This document shows positions 20,669-31,184 of a stretch of 64,000 nucleotides of DNA, in pieces. The first letter of the stretch is position 1; each line of letters starts with the position of its first letter. The position numbers and the translations under genes are program-made. The notes below the pieces were generated by a model, which saw nothing but the letters and a program-made list of their open reading frames with translations, was not told where the DNA came from and did no database searches. Source of the stretch: a bacterium. GTDB lineage: Bacteria > Patescibacteriota > Minisyncoccia > UBA6257 > GWB1-50-10. The stretch lies in contig JAKAHD010000003.1 of NCBI GenBank assembly GCA_021815205.1, positions 27,239 to 91,238 of the forward strand, given 5' to 3'.

Positions 20669-23248
20669 AGGAAAAACCTGAATATTGGAATTACTCCCAC
20701 TTGAAGGTGATGTCGGGGAAGGCAACTGAATCCCCAGCTGATTGAACACGGGCTCGAGCTGGGACCACATCGGGGTCGCGCGGAGATCAATTTCCTTCGC
20801 GAGCGCTTCGAAGGCGGCTTTTGCCTCCGCGTTCTTCCCCCAGAGGTAGTACGCGACCGCGATCTTCAGCCGTATCTCGTTATGTTGGTTCGCACCCTGC
20901 GCCATCGCAAGCGCCTGGGTGTAATATCCGATCGCCGCGCCGTACTTCTGCTCCTCGTCGCCGAGAATATCCCCGAGCGCGGTCGCCTCCTCCACGGAGC
21001 GCGGCACGCGCCCCAACGCCTTCGCCTTCGCGATCTCCGCGTCTCCCGTCTTCGCATCCTTCAACTGGTACGCGAGAAGCCCGAGGAAAAAGTGCGGATC
21101 GCCCGCCTCTGGATTCAGACCCACCGCCGTTTTGAAGGCGTCGTAGGCGCCCTGCGTATCCCCCTCGAGCGCCTTCGTCTTCCCGATCACGTAGTACGTC
21201 TGCTGGCGATTGGGGCTCAACTCGAGTGCTTTTACTTCGAGCTCGCTCGCCTCTTTCAGATAGTTCGGGTTGAACGTATGAAACGTGTTCTTCACTTCCG
21301 CAAGCGTATCATAAAAGAGATAGTTCTTCGGATGATCGTCGACGACCGCCTGCATTTCGTCCACGACTTTCTTCTGGAGTGTCTGTATGTTGGGAAACTG
21401 GATGCCACTCTGATATCCTTGATTGATCACGCCCTCGAAGGTGAGCCGAATGTCATCGCGATACGGTGTCGGAACCGCAAGCGCCTCCTGCGCCGCACCG
21501 AGCGACTCCGGAATCATCCGGTTCAAGTAATAATTCGGAATCCAGTACTCCCTTCCCGCGCCGTACACCATCTGCCAGTTTAGAAAGATCACGGGGATGA
21601 GAGAGAGCACGAGGAATGGATATGCGAATGGCACAGATTTCCGCTGATTCTCTTGGACGCTGATTGATGCCGATTGGGCTGATTGATGCCGATACGCCGA
21701 ATCAATGAAGGCGATCACGAGAAAGAACATGAGGTACGTGCCGATCGTGTCGAAGATTACGAGATTCCGGACGAAGTATGCCGCGAGCATACCGAGAAGA
21801 ACGATACGTAGCCGATTACCGCTGATTGTAAGCTGATTACCACTGATTCCTCCGATGCCGCGGATTTTCAGAAGCTCATAGAGGAGCGTTACCCACACGC
21901 CGAGGTAGGCGAGGAGGCCCGCGATGCCGCCCGTAATCGCGTACTCGATAAGGACATTGTGCGGCTTGTCCCAGTAGGTTTCGCCGAAGGTGTTTGTGAG
22001 CAGCGCGGGGTTGTAGTGCTTCTGGAACGCGAGATTGAAGTTCTCCCATCCGAACCCGAATACGGGATGCGCCGGGAACGATTCCGCGGCGCTCTGCCAC
22101 GCGAGGAGGCGGTTCTCGAACTCGTTCCGCACCGTCCTAAAGTTTTGAATGCGATCGAGGCCCGGCACGTGGGACCAGAAAGATGCGCTACGGGTGAAAT
22201 AAAAAATACTGCCGAGGGCAATTACAATTACCAAGACGATGAGCCAGGGATTCTTGTAGACGGATGACCGCTGATTGCTTGCTGATTGCCGCTGATTCTC
22301 CATGACGGATGACCGCTGATTGCTTGCTGATTGCCGCTGATTCTCCATGACGGATGACCGCTGATTGCTTGCTGATTGCCGCTGATTCTCCATGACGGAT
22401 GACCGCTGATTGCTAGCTGATTGATGCTGATACCGGACGGCAAGAAGAAGAATGATAAGCAATAATCCCGCGAGGAGTCCCGCGATGTCGCCGCGGGTCT
22501 GGGTTTTGAAAATTGCCACTACATCCACCAAAGAGATACAAAGGTAGAGCCACCTATCCCTCACTCTTGATACCAGTTGAGGCCTACTATTCTGGACGCT
22601 GATTGATGCTGATTGGGCTGATTGATGCTGATCCATAAAAAGATGGATCCCAATGAAGACGTTAAAGAGTAGGTAGCCCGCGAGGAAGGTGGGGTTGCCG
22701 AACGAGGAGCCGGGGCGGGCGATCCCCTGCTCCAGAAAGAGATCATTCACGAAGGGAACGAAGGAAAAAAGAGCGCCCAGGGCGGCGGCGAGACTTGTCC
22801 ACACGCTCACGCGCCACACCTTTTTCCAGTCGATCGCGTCGCCAAGCGACGAGAGCGCGAGAAAGAGGAGCGCGAAGAACCAGAGCGAGACGACTCCCAA
22901 GGTGCGCGTCTCCTGCGACCATAAGCTGTTCAAAAGATCCTCGCCGAGGAACGCGGAGATCGTGAGAACGGACATAAAGACAAGCACTCCTATGGTGAGG
23001 GGGGTGAAGCGCACCCCCACGGATGACCGCTGATTGCGTGCTGATTGCCGCTGATTGCTAGCTGATGACCGCTGATAAAAAACAAGGGCGAGCCACAAAA
23101 GGATGATGATGCCCGTGAAGGACTGGAAGAGCGCGGTCTTTACGACGATAAAGGGGTTCATCGTCCACTTCCAGAAAAAAAGCGGGACGAGGACGACCAT
23201 TGAGTAGAGGCAACCTCTGATAATTTTGAGAACTGAGTTTTCGGACAT
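20663..23248 (-). CDS. O-antigen ligase-family protein with C-terminal TPRs and five in-frame repeat tracts
   Basis: SSFGNPTFLAGY, TQTRG, GFGWENF, WDKPHN; TPR tail; NQRSS/QSAS tracts. Confidence 0.85.
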   Translation of the reverse strand: MSENSVLKIIRGCLYSMVVLVPLFFWKWTMNPFIVVKTALFQSFTGIIILLWLALVFYQRSSASNQRQSARNQRSSVGVRFTPLTIGVLVFMSVLTISAFLGEDLLNSLWSQETRTLGVVSLWFFALLFLALSSLGDAIDWKKVWRVSVWTSLAAALGALFSFVPFVNDLFLEQGIARPGSSFGNPTFLAGYLLFNVFIGIHLFMDQHQSAQSASISVQNSRPQLVSRVRDRWLYLCISLVDVVAIFKTQTRGDIAGLLAGLLLIILLLAVRYQHQSASNQRSSVMENQRQSASNQRSSVMENQRQSASNQRSSVMENQRQSASNQRSSVYKNPWLIVLVIVIALGSIFYFTRSASFWSHVPGLDRIQNFRTVRNEFENRLLAWQSAAESFPAHPVFGFGWENFNLAFQKHYNPALLTNTFGETYWDKPHNVLIEYAITGGIAGLLAYLGVWVTLLYELLKIRGIGGISGNQLTISGNRLRIVLLGMLAAYFVRNLVIFDTIGTYLMFFLVIAFIDSAYRHQSAQSASISVQENQRKSVPFAYPFLVLSLIPVIFLNWQMVYGAGREYWIPNYYLNRMIPESLGAAQEALAVPTPYRDDIRLTFEGVINQGYQSGIQFPNIQTLQKKVVDEMQAVVDDHPKNYLFYDTLAEVKNTFHTFNPNYLKEASELEVKALELSPNRQQTYYVIGKTKALEGDTQGAYDAFKTAVGLNPEAGDPHFFLGLLAYQLKDAKTGDAEIAKAKALGRVPRSVEEATALGDILGDEEQKYGAAIGYYTQALAMAQGANQHNEIRLKIAVAYYLWGKNAEAKAAFEALAKEIDLRATPMWSQLEPVFNQLGIQLPSPTSPSSGSNSNIQVFPN
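22260..22432. repeat. 45-bp tandem repeat, 3 perfect units plus 1 partial, in frame
   Basis: Unit ACGGATGACCGCTGATTGCTTGCTGATTGCCGCTGATTCTCCATG at 22260, 22305, 22350; partial at 22395. Confidence 0.95.
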
Positions 23249-23289
23249 GAGTACAGATTAACATTGATTTCTTCTCCTGTCATTTTTGG

Positions 23290-23370
23290 GGACGCGGATT
23301 TATGCTGATTTCACTGATTTATGCCGATACGACATCAGCACCCATCAGCCTTATCAGCATCTATCAGCGA
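23290..23370. repeat. Empty GCTGAT/ATCAGC inverted-tract element; similar copies at 4560-4641 and 27301-27398
   Basis: About 10-bp-period CTGAT units followed by ATCAGC units. Confidence 0.8.
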
Positions 23371-23401
23371 AACAACCCCGACCGAAGTCGGGGTTGTTTT
23401 T
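23370..23401. terminator. Intrinsic terminator-like hairpin after the S-layer-like gene
   Basis: AAACAACCCCGAC-CGAA-GTCGGGGTTGTTT. Confidence 0.75.
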
Positions 23402-23424
23402 ACTCCAAACTAAGAGGAAGTTTC

Positions 23425-26400
23425 CTAGTTGGTGTACGTGACGTGCGCCAGGTTCAAGGGGACGCTCACGTCGCTTGAAAGATTCAAGCCGTTTGCCGTC
23501 GAGCCCGAAACCGCGCCGTCGCCCCAGTTCACGTCAGTCGCCGCATTCAAGTTGACATCCATGGACTGGCCAAGGTTCGCCGAGACAAAGTAGTTCGACG
23601 AGTCAACCTTGATCGCTACTCCCTTCGTGGAACCCGATGAAACCGGAGTTCCCGTGAAGGAGAACGTTACCGAGCAGGAGTTCCCCGTCGGCGTGCAGGA
23701 TTGCTGGGAAGAACCATCGTATGCCGATCCCGTTGAAGGATCGATGAGGTTCACGTTGAAGGCGCTTGCGGTCGAGAGCGCACCACCCACGAACCGGAGG
23801 GACAAGGTGTTTACCTTGACTTCCTGGCCCGAAGGATCAGCGCTGATCTTCAAGCAACCCACATAGTCGGTCGTCGTCCTCGAGCGAGCGGTTGTGGAAC
23901 CGCCGGTGTAGCTTCCGCACGCGCTATCCGAACCAAGCGAGGTACCCGCAAGCGTGAGCTTGCTCCTCAAGGTTGTGAGGGTCGCGAAGGAAGGCGTACC
24001 GGTTACCGTCACCGAGGTGTTCGATGACTTGCCGTACGCTACGACGCTCGAAGTCGCCGAAATCGCGATCGAGGTGGTTGCATTTTCAATACTGCCACCG
24101 CCGACCACGAACGGAGCCACGTTACCGCGAAGCTCTACCGCGAGTGTTCCGGCCTGCGGCACCGTAAGGGTCGCCGCCGTGCCGAAGTTGAAGTCAGCCA
24201 CGAACGAAGGAGCCGCACTCGTCATCGAGACGGGACCCGCGCCAGCAATGGCGTTTCCGTTCGCATCATAGAGCTGCAAGTTGGTGAACGCAGCGCCGAC
24301 CGAGGATCCGGTATTCAAGTTAAACTTGATTTCCTGGAGCCGGATCGGTTCGATGCCGGCCGTATCGGTCAAGAGAATCTTCCCCAAGCTTACGCCCGTC
24401 GAACCCAAAACCACCTGGCGCGACGCGCCGGAGTTGTTGTTTGAGATCGTAAGCGTAGGACCGGTAGATACCGTAACCGTCTGGCCCGCCGGCGTACCGC
24501 TGCAGGAGACACTGGTGTTTGTAGTCGCACCGGTTCCCGTGCAGGAGACGAACGACGTCACCGAGCCCATCGCACCGGTATTCGTGGTCAAGATATCCGC
24601 ATAGATATCGACAACCGCGGTACCGCCCACCGGGACAGCAAAGTTGTTGCCCGAGAAGGTGTAGTTTCCAGACGAGAGCGTGCTGTAGGTCGAGCCGACC
24701 TTGGTCGATCCGATCATCGCTTTCAAGTTCTGGAAGTTCGTGGACGAGGAGTTCACGCTCACCGTGAAGTTCGAGACGTTCACGCCTTCAGCCGAAGACG
24801 CCGTGAAGACATACGAGCCGATCTTTACGGCTGATGCACCCTTCGCGTACGTCTGGTTCGCGAACGCGCCGTTCTTCGTCACCGTAAGAGGCGTCGTAGA
24901 AAGCGTGAGCGCGGAACCGGTCGCCGAGCCGCTCGAGCTCGTCTGGCTTGAGGTCAAGCCCTGCAAGTTCGAGGAGTTGCCCGGCAAGCTTGCCGTCACG
25001 GTCGTGAAGTCGGCGCCGGTCTGTACGTCAGCCCTTACCGAGATCACGCGAGTCGTGTTCGCGGGAATCGTGTAGACGATCGGCGAACCGCTCGTGCCGA
25101 AGTGGCACGTAACGTTATTCGCATCGGTCAAGGTACACGCGCCGCTATTCGAGGAGGTGGTGCCTCCCGTCGTCGAGATCGTGGTACCGATCTGGTTCCC
25201 TTGATCGTCAACGAGACGAAGGTTCTGAAGATCGGTATCAAAGCCCGCAGAGCTCGCGGTATTCCAGTTGTGCGTACCGCCGGTCTTCGTGAGCTTCACA
25301 TCCAAGAACTTGATCTTTACGGCTTCACCCGCCGCGTAAATATCGAATTTCGCGAGGGTCGTACCCGATCCGCCGAGCGCGATATTGCCCGTCGGGGTCG
25401 CGGTATCGACAGAAGTCGTAATCTGTCCCTGGTTGATTGTGACTGACACACCGGAACCGCCGTTTACGGTTACGGAGACAGGAACGTTGTACTGCGTGTC
25501 TACCGCATAGATATCGTACGAGTTCAAGAGCTCGAACTGGAAGTTAAAGCTCGGGGAACCCATGATATCGGCATAGATCTGGATATTGTTCGATCCGGTC
25601 TGAAGCTTTACGGGAGACGCGGAGAAATCGAAGTACGCGGAGCCGTCAGATGCGACGGAAGCCAAGGTCGAGCCGACCTGATTGCCGTTCACCATAAACT
25701 TCACGTTCTTCAAATCGGTCTTCGTCGCGGAGCCAACCACCTTGAAGTTCACCGAGGTGAGGTTTACCGGGCTGTTGTTCACAGTCGCGGTCCACTGCGA
25801 GGCCAATACGCCGGTTGTGCCGGCATATACCGTCGTACCGACCGAGGACGATGCAAAGGTTACCGATGCAATCGAGGGGTTCGATACGGATGTGACGGTG
25901 AAGGTGTTGCCGTTCAACGGGAACGCGCCCGAGGCGGTTACCGCGGCATTCGTGGCATCCGTCGCCGTCACGTCGCTTGCGCCGGTCATCGCGAACGAGA
26001 TCGTGTTTCCCGCCGAGAGATTCGTTGCCGGATCAATCGCGAGCGTCAAGTTCACGGTCTGACCTGCCGCAATATTCAAGGCAATTCCGGAGAAATCAAC
26101 CACGCCGGCATTCACCGAGGTGTATTGATAGAGTACCTTGCCGTTCTGGACGAGGTACGCGCCCGAGATTGCCGAATCGGCTACTACGCCGGTCTTGTGG
26201 AACTTCAAGTCCGTGACCGTTACGCCGCTCGCGGTGCCCGCGGTTAAGTTCACCGCAAGTACCGGAACGCGAGCCGCCGCCGAAGAGGCGCTCGAAATCA
26301 ACGCACCCGAGGCGGGATTGTTCGAGGCAACACTTACCACGAGTCCGGAAGCCGGAGCTGTAGGACCAGGCGTCGGTGTTGGCGTCGGGGTTACTACCGC

Positions 26401-26832
26401 CGAAGCATTCACGACTGCCCGAGTTTTAGGCCCGAAGTAGCCGACCGAGGGGGTGATACCCTTTGCCGCCTGATATTTCGCGAGAGCTGCTTTGGTGGCA
26501 GGACCGAAGTATTCGGTTTCCATGCCCTTCGAGCCGGCGCCCGTCGCGGCAACGGTGTATCCGTTTGCGTTCAAGAACTGCTGCAAGGCCTTTACGTCAG
26601 CTCCTTTGCTTCCAAGGGTGAGGTCCTTAGAGAAGGTGTAGGAAGAAGTCGTGTTTCCTTGTGCAGCATTCAACTGCGCCTGCAAGGTCTGGATCTGCGC
26701 CAAGAGCGCGGCGATCTGGGCCTGCAAGTCTGAGGTTGTAGCTGCGGAGGCCGAAAGGACCGAACCACCGAACCATGCGGCGGTCGCGATCGCGAGACCT
26801 ACTGCAGCTGCTTTTCGACTAAAATTACTCAT
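23425..26832 (-). CDS. Large secreted S-layer-like protein with peptidoglycan-binding domain
   Basis: Signal peptide, coiled coil, DLTLGSKGADVKALQQFLN/YFGPATKAAL, long S/T/G/V beta-rich region, strong codon bias. Confidence 0.8.
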   Translation of the reverse strand: MSNFSRKAAAVGLAIATAAWFGGSVLSASAATTSDLQAQIAALLAQIQTLQAQLNAAQGNTTSSYTFSKDLTLGSKGADVKALQQFLNANGYTVAATGAGSKGMETEYFGPATKAALAKYQAAKGITPSVGYFGPKTRAVVNASAVVTPTPTPTPGPTAPASGLVVSVASNNPASGALISSASSAAARVPVLAVNLTAGTASGVTVTDLKFHKTGVVADSAISGAYLVQNGKVLYQYTSVNAGVVDFSGIALNIAAGQTVNLTLAIDPATNLSAGNTISFAMTGASDVTATDATNAAVTASGAFPLNGNTFTVTSVSNPSIASVTFASSSVGTTVYAGTTGVLASQWTATVNNSPVNLTSVNFKVVGSATKTDLKNVKFMVNGNQVGSTLASVASDGSAYFDFSASPVKLQTGSNNIQIYADIMGSPSFNFQFELLNSYDIYAVDTQYNVPVSVTVNGGSGVSVTINQGQITTSVDTATPTGNIALGGSGTTLAKFDIYAAGEAVKIKFLDVKLTKTGGTHNWNTASSAGFDTDLQNLRLVDDQGNQIGTTISTTGGTTSSNSGACTLTDANNVTCHFGTSGSPIVYTIPANTTRVISVRADVQTGADFTTVTASLPGNSSNLQGLTSSQTSSSGSATGSALTLSTTPLTVTKNGAFANQTYAKGASAVKIGSYVFTASSAEGVNVSNFTVSVNSSSTNFQNLKAMIGSTKVGSTYSTLSSGNYTFSGNNFAVPVGGTAVVDIYADILTTNTGAMGSVTSFVSCTGTGATTNTSVSCSGTPAGQTVTVSTGPTLTISNNNSGASRQVVLGSTGVSLGKILLTDTAGIEPIRLQEIKFNLNTGSSVGAAFTNLQLYDANGNAIAGAGPVSMTSAAPSFVADFNFGTAATLTVPQAGTLAVELRGNVAPFVVGGGSIENATTSIAISATSSVVAYGKSSNTSVTVTGTPSFATLTTLRSKLTLAGTSLGSDSACGSYTGGSTTARSRTTTDYVGCLKISADPSGQEVKVNTLSLRFVGGALSTASAFNVNLIDPSTGSAYDGSSQQSCTPTGNSCSVTFSFTGTPVSSGSTKGVAIKVDSSNYFVSANLGQSMDVNLNAATDVNWGDGAVSGSTANGLNLSSDVSVPLNLAHVTYTN

Positions 26833-27130
26833 TTTCTATTTTCTGAACACTTCCCCATACTGCCATAAATTGCTCGTCCTTATGCGCCGTATGAAGATTT
26901 GTTCTTTTGTTTGTTCGACAATTTTGTTTTTCTGTTCGGTCATGGCACGTCTTTTTCCGTGCCAGCCGCCGACCTTTGGGGTTTCAGGAACGTCATGCGC
27001 CTCCCTTTTCGACCCGCGCCTTGTGAGGTTAGGTGGCGGAAGAAGAGGAGATGACGGGTAGTATCTAACTGAAATTTTTAATTCCTAATTTTTAATTTCT
27101 AAACCCGAATTAAAAACTGGGATCCTGCAT

Positions 27131-27160
27131 AACAAAAATCTCGCTTGTGGAGCGAGATTG
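27131..27160 (-). terminator. Terminator-like hairpin in the S-layer gene upstream region
   Basis: Minus strand AATCTCGCT-CCACA-AGCGAGATT followed by TTTGTT. Confidence 0.55.
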
Positions 27161-27625
27161 TAAAACTCATGAATACACAGAACACCTCCGGCAGAGACAT
27201 CCGTCGCCAAATCGAGCTATTCAGCAAGGGGTGACTCAGCCAAAGGGCCGCGTGCTTCATCAGTTTGGCCTCACTCCAAACTAATTGATGCCTTCGTCGT
27301 TATCAGTATACATCAGCTCACATCAGCACTATCAGCGTCAAGAACTCAATAGAGATGGGACGCCGATACATGGCCGATAAGGCCGATACATACTGAACTT
27401 GACAGTATGATTATACCAAATTACAGCTCTTTTCGGAAGATTGCAAGAAGATCCCTCTCTCTCGTCGTGGCGGTATACTACCTATAACGAAGATGCCCCC
27501 TCCCCGTTACGGGGGCATACAGATTTTCACAGATCTACAACAGATGCTCACGGATCACAAAATAACTACGAACCGATGTATCTGTGATCCGCGAAAATCC
27601 GCAGTCATCCGTGCCGATCTGTCGT

Positions 27626-28411
27626 TCAAGGGAGAAACCACGGGGCGGTGGCGAAGAGGATGCTCGAGAATACCGCGAAAAACGTCAGCTGTTTCAGGAT
27701 GAAGGAGAACCCAAGATTCCCCTCAAAGTGGGCAAGAAAGGTATCCCGGAGCATGATGAGAAAGAGAGCGAGAAACGCCCCGGCGCTTATGAAGCCGAGG
27801 GGGAGAAAGAGCGCGAGGGCGGAGACCTCAAGCGCAAGCAGTGCGAACGCGAACGAGAGGAGTCGCACGGTGCGGGGCCTCCCCGCCTCCAAAAACCCGA
27901 ACGCTTCTTTCATAAGAAGCGTAAGAAGAAGCGCCATCCCCCCGAACCAGAAAAAAAGCGGAAAAAAGGACGCATTCCCCAGCGAAGGAGCGTAGAGAAA
28001 AAACTCCGCCATCACGAAGAAAAGTATCCCGCTGTGCACCACACGATACAAAAGCGCGCGGTCCGTAAACGCAAGACGCGAAAGCCCGAGAAGAATATAA
28101 AGCACCGCGCCGTAGAGAAGCGCGATCATTCCCTTCACTATAGAGGGGATAAGAAGCGCGGGAAGGAACGAGACGCTCCAGAACGCGAGGAACGCCGCGA
28201 CCGCGATCGTCCAGAAGGAGACGCGGAGCGCCGTGCGTTCCGGGGGCTCCGAAAAATAAATATACCCGACGAGGGCGAAATATACCGCACCACCCCAGAA
28301 CGAGAACCGAAAAAGGAGCGCGAGGAGAAGCGCAATGACGCCCAGGAGGGCCCTACGCGGCAACCTCCACCCGATTTCCTTTGGTAAGTATGACCGTAGC
28401 TTTGGTGCCAT
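27626..28411 (-). CDS. Hypothetical polytopic membrane protein
   Basis: About 8 hydrophobic segments; follows clpB; start uncertain. Confidence 0.7.
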   Translation of the reverse strand: MAPKLRSYLPKEIGWRLPRRALLGVIALLLALLFRFSFWGGAVYFALVGYIYFSEPPERTALRVSFWTIAVAAFLAFWSVSFLPALLIPSIVKGMIALLYGAVLYILLGLSRLAFTDRALLYRVVHSGILFFVMAEFFLYAPSLGNASFFPLFFWFGGMALLLTLLMKEAFGFLEAGRPRTVRLLSFAFALLALEVSALALFLPLGFISAGAFLALFLIMLRDTFLAHFEGNLGFSFILKQLTFFAVFSSILFATAPWFLP

Positions 28412-31001
28412 CCTTCAGCGATCCCCGAATGATCTTATCCGCCAAGGCGTCGACGATCACCTTCTGGATCATGCGCCGTATGGGGCGCGCGCCGTAATCC
28501 GGGTCGAATCCGTGCGCCACAATGTGCTTCTTGACCTCCGGTGTTATCTGGAGCGCGACCCCTTTTTCGGAGAGGCGCGTCTTCACTTCCTCAAGCTGGA
28601 TATCCACGATTTTTTCGATGTCCTGCGGGGTCAGCGAATTGAAGATGATGATCTCGTCGAGGCGATTCAGAAACTCCGGCTTGAAGGTGTCTCGAAGCGA
28701 ATTCATGACGCGTTCACCGAACTGCTCCTCTTTTTCTTTGAGTTCCTCTCCCGCGTGCCCCACTTTGAATCCCAAGTTCGACATCTCGCGGAAATACTCG
28801 CTTCCCACGTTCGAGGTAAGGATGATGATCGCGTTCTTGAAGTTTGCCACCTTCCCTTTGGAATCGGTGAGCCGTCCGTTATCCAGAACCTGGAGCAGTA
28901 TGTTAAATACCTCGGGGTGCGCTTTTTCGATCTCATCGAAGAGAATCAAGCTGTACGGCCTGTGGCGGATCGTATCCGTAAGCCGACCCCCTTCGTCGTA
29001 CCCCACATAGCCGGGAGGCGAACCGATAAGACGCGACACGGAGTGCCGCTCCATATATTCGGACATATCAATCCGGACGAGCGCCTTTTCGTCATTGAAC
29101 ATAAATTCCGCGAGCGCCCGCGCGAGTTCCGTCTTCCCGACTCCCGTGGGCCCCAGAAACATGAACGACCCCGCGGGGCGATCCTCGTCCGCGAGCCCCG
29201 CCCGCGAGCGGCGCAAGGCGCGCGAGACGGCATTAATCGCCTCTTCTTGTCCCACGACACGGCGCTTCAAGTCTTCCTCGATGCGGGAAAGTTTTTTCAT
29301 CTCGGATTCAAGCATGCGAGACACGGGAATCCCCGTCCAGCGCGAGACGACCGCGGCGATATCCTCCTCGTCAACAACCTCTTTGATAAAATGCTCCCCA
29401 TTTTTCTTTCTCTGTTTTGCATGCTCCTCGATTGCCTTTTCAAACTCCGCGTATTTTTTCGAAAGTTTCGGGATCTCACCATAGCGGATCTCCGCGACGC
29501 GCTCGAAATTGCCTTCGCGCTCGGCGACCTCCGCCGCACGGCGCAGATCTTCAAGCGATGTCCGGAGCGCGTGCAGGGATTCGACGCTCGTTTTCTCTTC
29601 CTCCCACCGCGAGGTAAGCCTCGCGTTTTGATCCTTTAGTTTTTTCAGGTTCCGCGCAACCTCCTTGAGACGAGCGGCTTTCTTCACGTGCTGTTCCTTT
29701 CCGAGCGCGGACTTCTCGATTTCAAGCCGCGTGATGTCCCTTCTTATTTTCTCGAGATCGGCGGGAATGCTGTCGGATTCGAGCCGGCGCGCGGCGGCGG
29801 CCTCATCAATGAGGTCAACCGCCTTGTCGGGAAGAAACCGCTCCGTGATGTAGCGCGCGCCGAGCTGGACCGCGGCCATGATCGCGCCGTCCGTAATCTT
29901 CAAACCATGATGCGTCTCGTACTTCTCTTTGAGGCCCCGCAGGATCGCGATCGAGTCCTCAATCGATGGTTCCTCGACGAAGATCGGCTGGAACCGGCGC
30001 TCGAGCGCGGTATCTTTCTCGATGTACTTCTGGTATTCCTTCAAGGTTGTCGCGCCGATCGCATGCAATTCGCCTCTTGCCAACGCGGGCTTTAACATAT
30101 TCGAGGCGTCGATCGCGCCCTCCGCGGCGCCCGCGCCCACGATCATGTGGATCTCGTCTATGAAGAGGATGATGCGCCCCTGGGATTCGCGCACTTCTTT
30201 CATAAACGCCTTGAACCGATCTTCGAACTCGCCGCGGAATTTTGTCCCCGCGATCAAGGAGCCGAGATCGAGCATCACAATCTCTTTTTCTTTGAGGGAC
30301 TCCGGCACGTCGCCCGAGACGATGCGCTGGGCGAGTCCTTCGACAATCGAGGTCTTCCCGACGCCCGGCTCGCCGATCAAAACGGGATTGTTCTTCGTGC
30401 GGCGCGAAAGAATTTGCATTACGCGGCGAAGCTCATCTTCCCTTCCTATCACGGGGTCAAGCTTCCCTTCGCGCGCCTTATTCGTCACATTCACCGCGTA
30501 CTTTTCGAGCACCTGGAACTTCGACTCGGGCGTCTCATCCGTCACGCGCGTCGCGCCGCGAAGCTCATGGAGCGCGCGCCCGAGCGCGTCTTTCTTCGCG
30601 CCCGAACGGGAGAGGGATTCCTGCGCAAGAGACGGCACGTCTGCAAGCGCGAGCAAGAGATGCTCGCACGAGACGAACTCATCCTTCTGCTTCATCGCAA
30701 TCTCTCCCGCCCTATCCAAGATTCGCATGAGCTCCTGCGAGAGGTAGAGCTGCCCCACCATTCCGTGGGACGCAAAGATCTTCGGAAGCTTCTCGAGGGT
30801 TTTCGCGACCCCGCGTTCAAGATTGGGAAGCTCGACGTTTGCTCTTAGAAGCATGGGGCGCACGAGCGTCGTCTCGTCATCTAAGAGCGCGGCTAAGAGA
30901 TGCAGCGCCTTGAGCTCGCCGTGGTTGTAGCGCGCGACCATCTCCTGCGCGTTCTGAAGCGCTTCTTGCGCCTTGATGGTAAACCGTTGAAAGTTGGGCA
31001 T
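28353..31001 (-). CDS. clpB: ATP-dependent chaperone ClpB
   Basis: Two Walker A motifs ([16 protein letters not shown]), long M-domain, RIDMSEYME. Confidence 0.93.
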   Translation of the reverse strand: MPNFQRFTIKAQEALQNAQEMVARYNHGELKALHLLAALLDDETTLVRPMLLRANVELPNLERGVAKTLEKLPKIFASHGMVGQLYLSQELMRILDRAGEIAMKQKDEFVSCEHLLLALADVPSLAQESLSRSGAKKDALGRALHELRGATRVTDETPESKFQVLEKYAVNVTNKAREGKLDPVIGREDELRRVMQILSRRTKNNPVLIGEPGVGKTSIVEGLAQRIVSGDVPESLKEKEIVMLDLGSLIAGTKFRGEFEDRFKAFMKEVRESQGRIILFIDEIHMIVGAGAAEGAIDASNMLKPALARGELHAIGATTLKEYQKYIEKDTALERRFQPIFVEEPSIEDSIAILRGLKEKYETHHGLKITDGAIMAAVQLGARYITERFLPDKAVDLIDEAAAARRLESDSIPADLEKIRRDITRLEIEKSALGKEQHVKKAARLKEVARNLKKLKDQNARLTSRWEEEKTSVESLHALRTSLEDLRRAAEVAEREGNFERVAEIRYGEIPKLSKKYAEFEKAIEEHAKQRKKNGEHFIKEVVDEEDIAAVVSRWTGIPVSRMLESEMKKLSRIEEDLKRRVVGQEEAINAVSRALRRSRAGLADEDRPAGSFMFLGPTGVGKTELARALAEFMFNDEKALVRIDMSEYMERHSVSRLIGSPPGYVGYDEGGRLTDTIRHRPYSLILFDEIEKAHPEVFNILLQVLDNGRLTDSKGKVANFKNAIIILTSNVGSEYFREMSNLGFKVGHAGEELKEKEEQFGERVMNSLRDTFKPEFLNRLDEIIIFNSLTPQDIEKIVDIQLEEVKTRLSEKGVALQITPEVKKHIVAHGFDPDYGARPIRRMIQKVIVDALADKIIRGSLKDGTKATVILTKGNRVEVAA

Positions 31002-31006
31002 AGGAT

Positions 31007-31091
31007 GAAAATTTTTAATTTAAAATTTGAAATTTTTATTGGATTTTAAAATTGATTAAAAATTAAGAATTTCAAATTAAAAATTAAAACT
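31007..31091. repeat. Empty AT-rich inverted heptamer element; other copies at 27072-27120, 33477-33578, 35760-35846, 53944-54062
   Basis: AATTTT(T)A units switching to TAAAA(A)TT units; nearly GC-free in a GC-rich background. Confidence 0.8.
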
Positions 31092-31184
31092 CTTCAGTTA
31101 TTATAAGGTATCCTACTCCTTTTGGGTAAGATTAGCAAATGGGTACTCTGAGTGCTAATTAACTTCCCCGAGAGATATTGGGGA

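Noticed and set aside
22260-22432. Possible CRISPR array
   Set aside because: Units are contiguous and identical with no unique spacers, lie in frame in a CDS, and no cas genes are present
27257-27263. Hammerhead ribozyme (CUGAUGA on minus strand)
   Set aside because: No correctly placed stem II and GAAA element follows
27584-28387. Highly charged 267-aa plus-strand ORF
   Set aside because: Antisense of a hydrophobic membrane-protein gene, which explains its K/R/E bias
28335-30848. Long plus-strand ORFs (434, 272, 233 aa)
   Set aside because: Antisense shadows of clpB; the same applies to 11633..12754, 15078..16253 and 42680..43720
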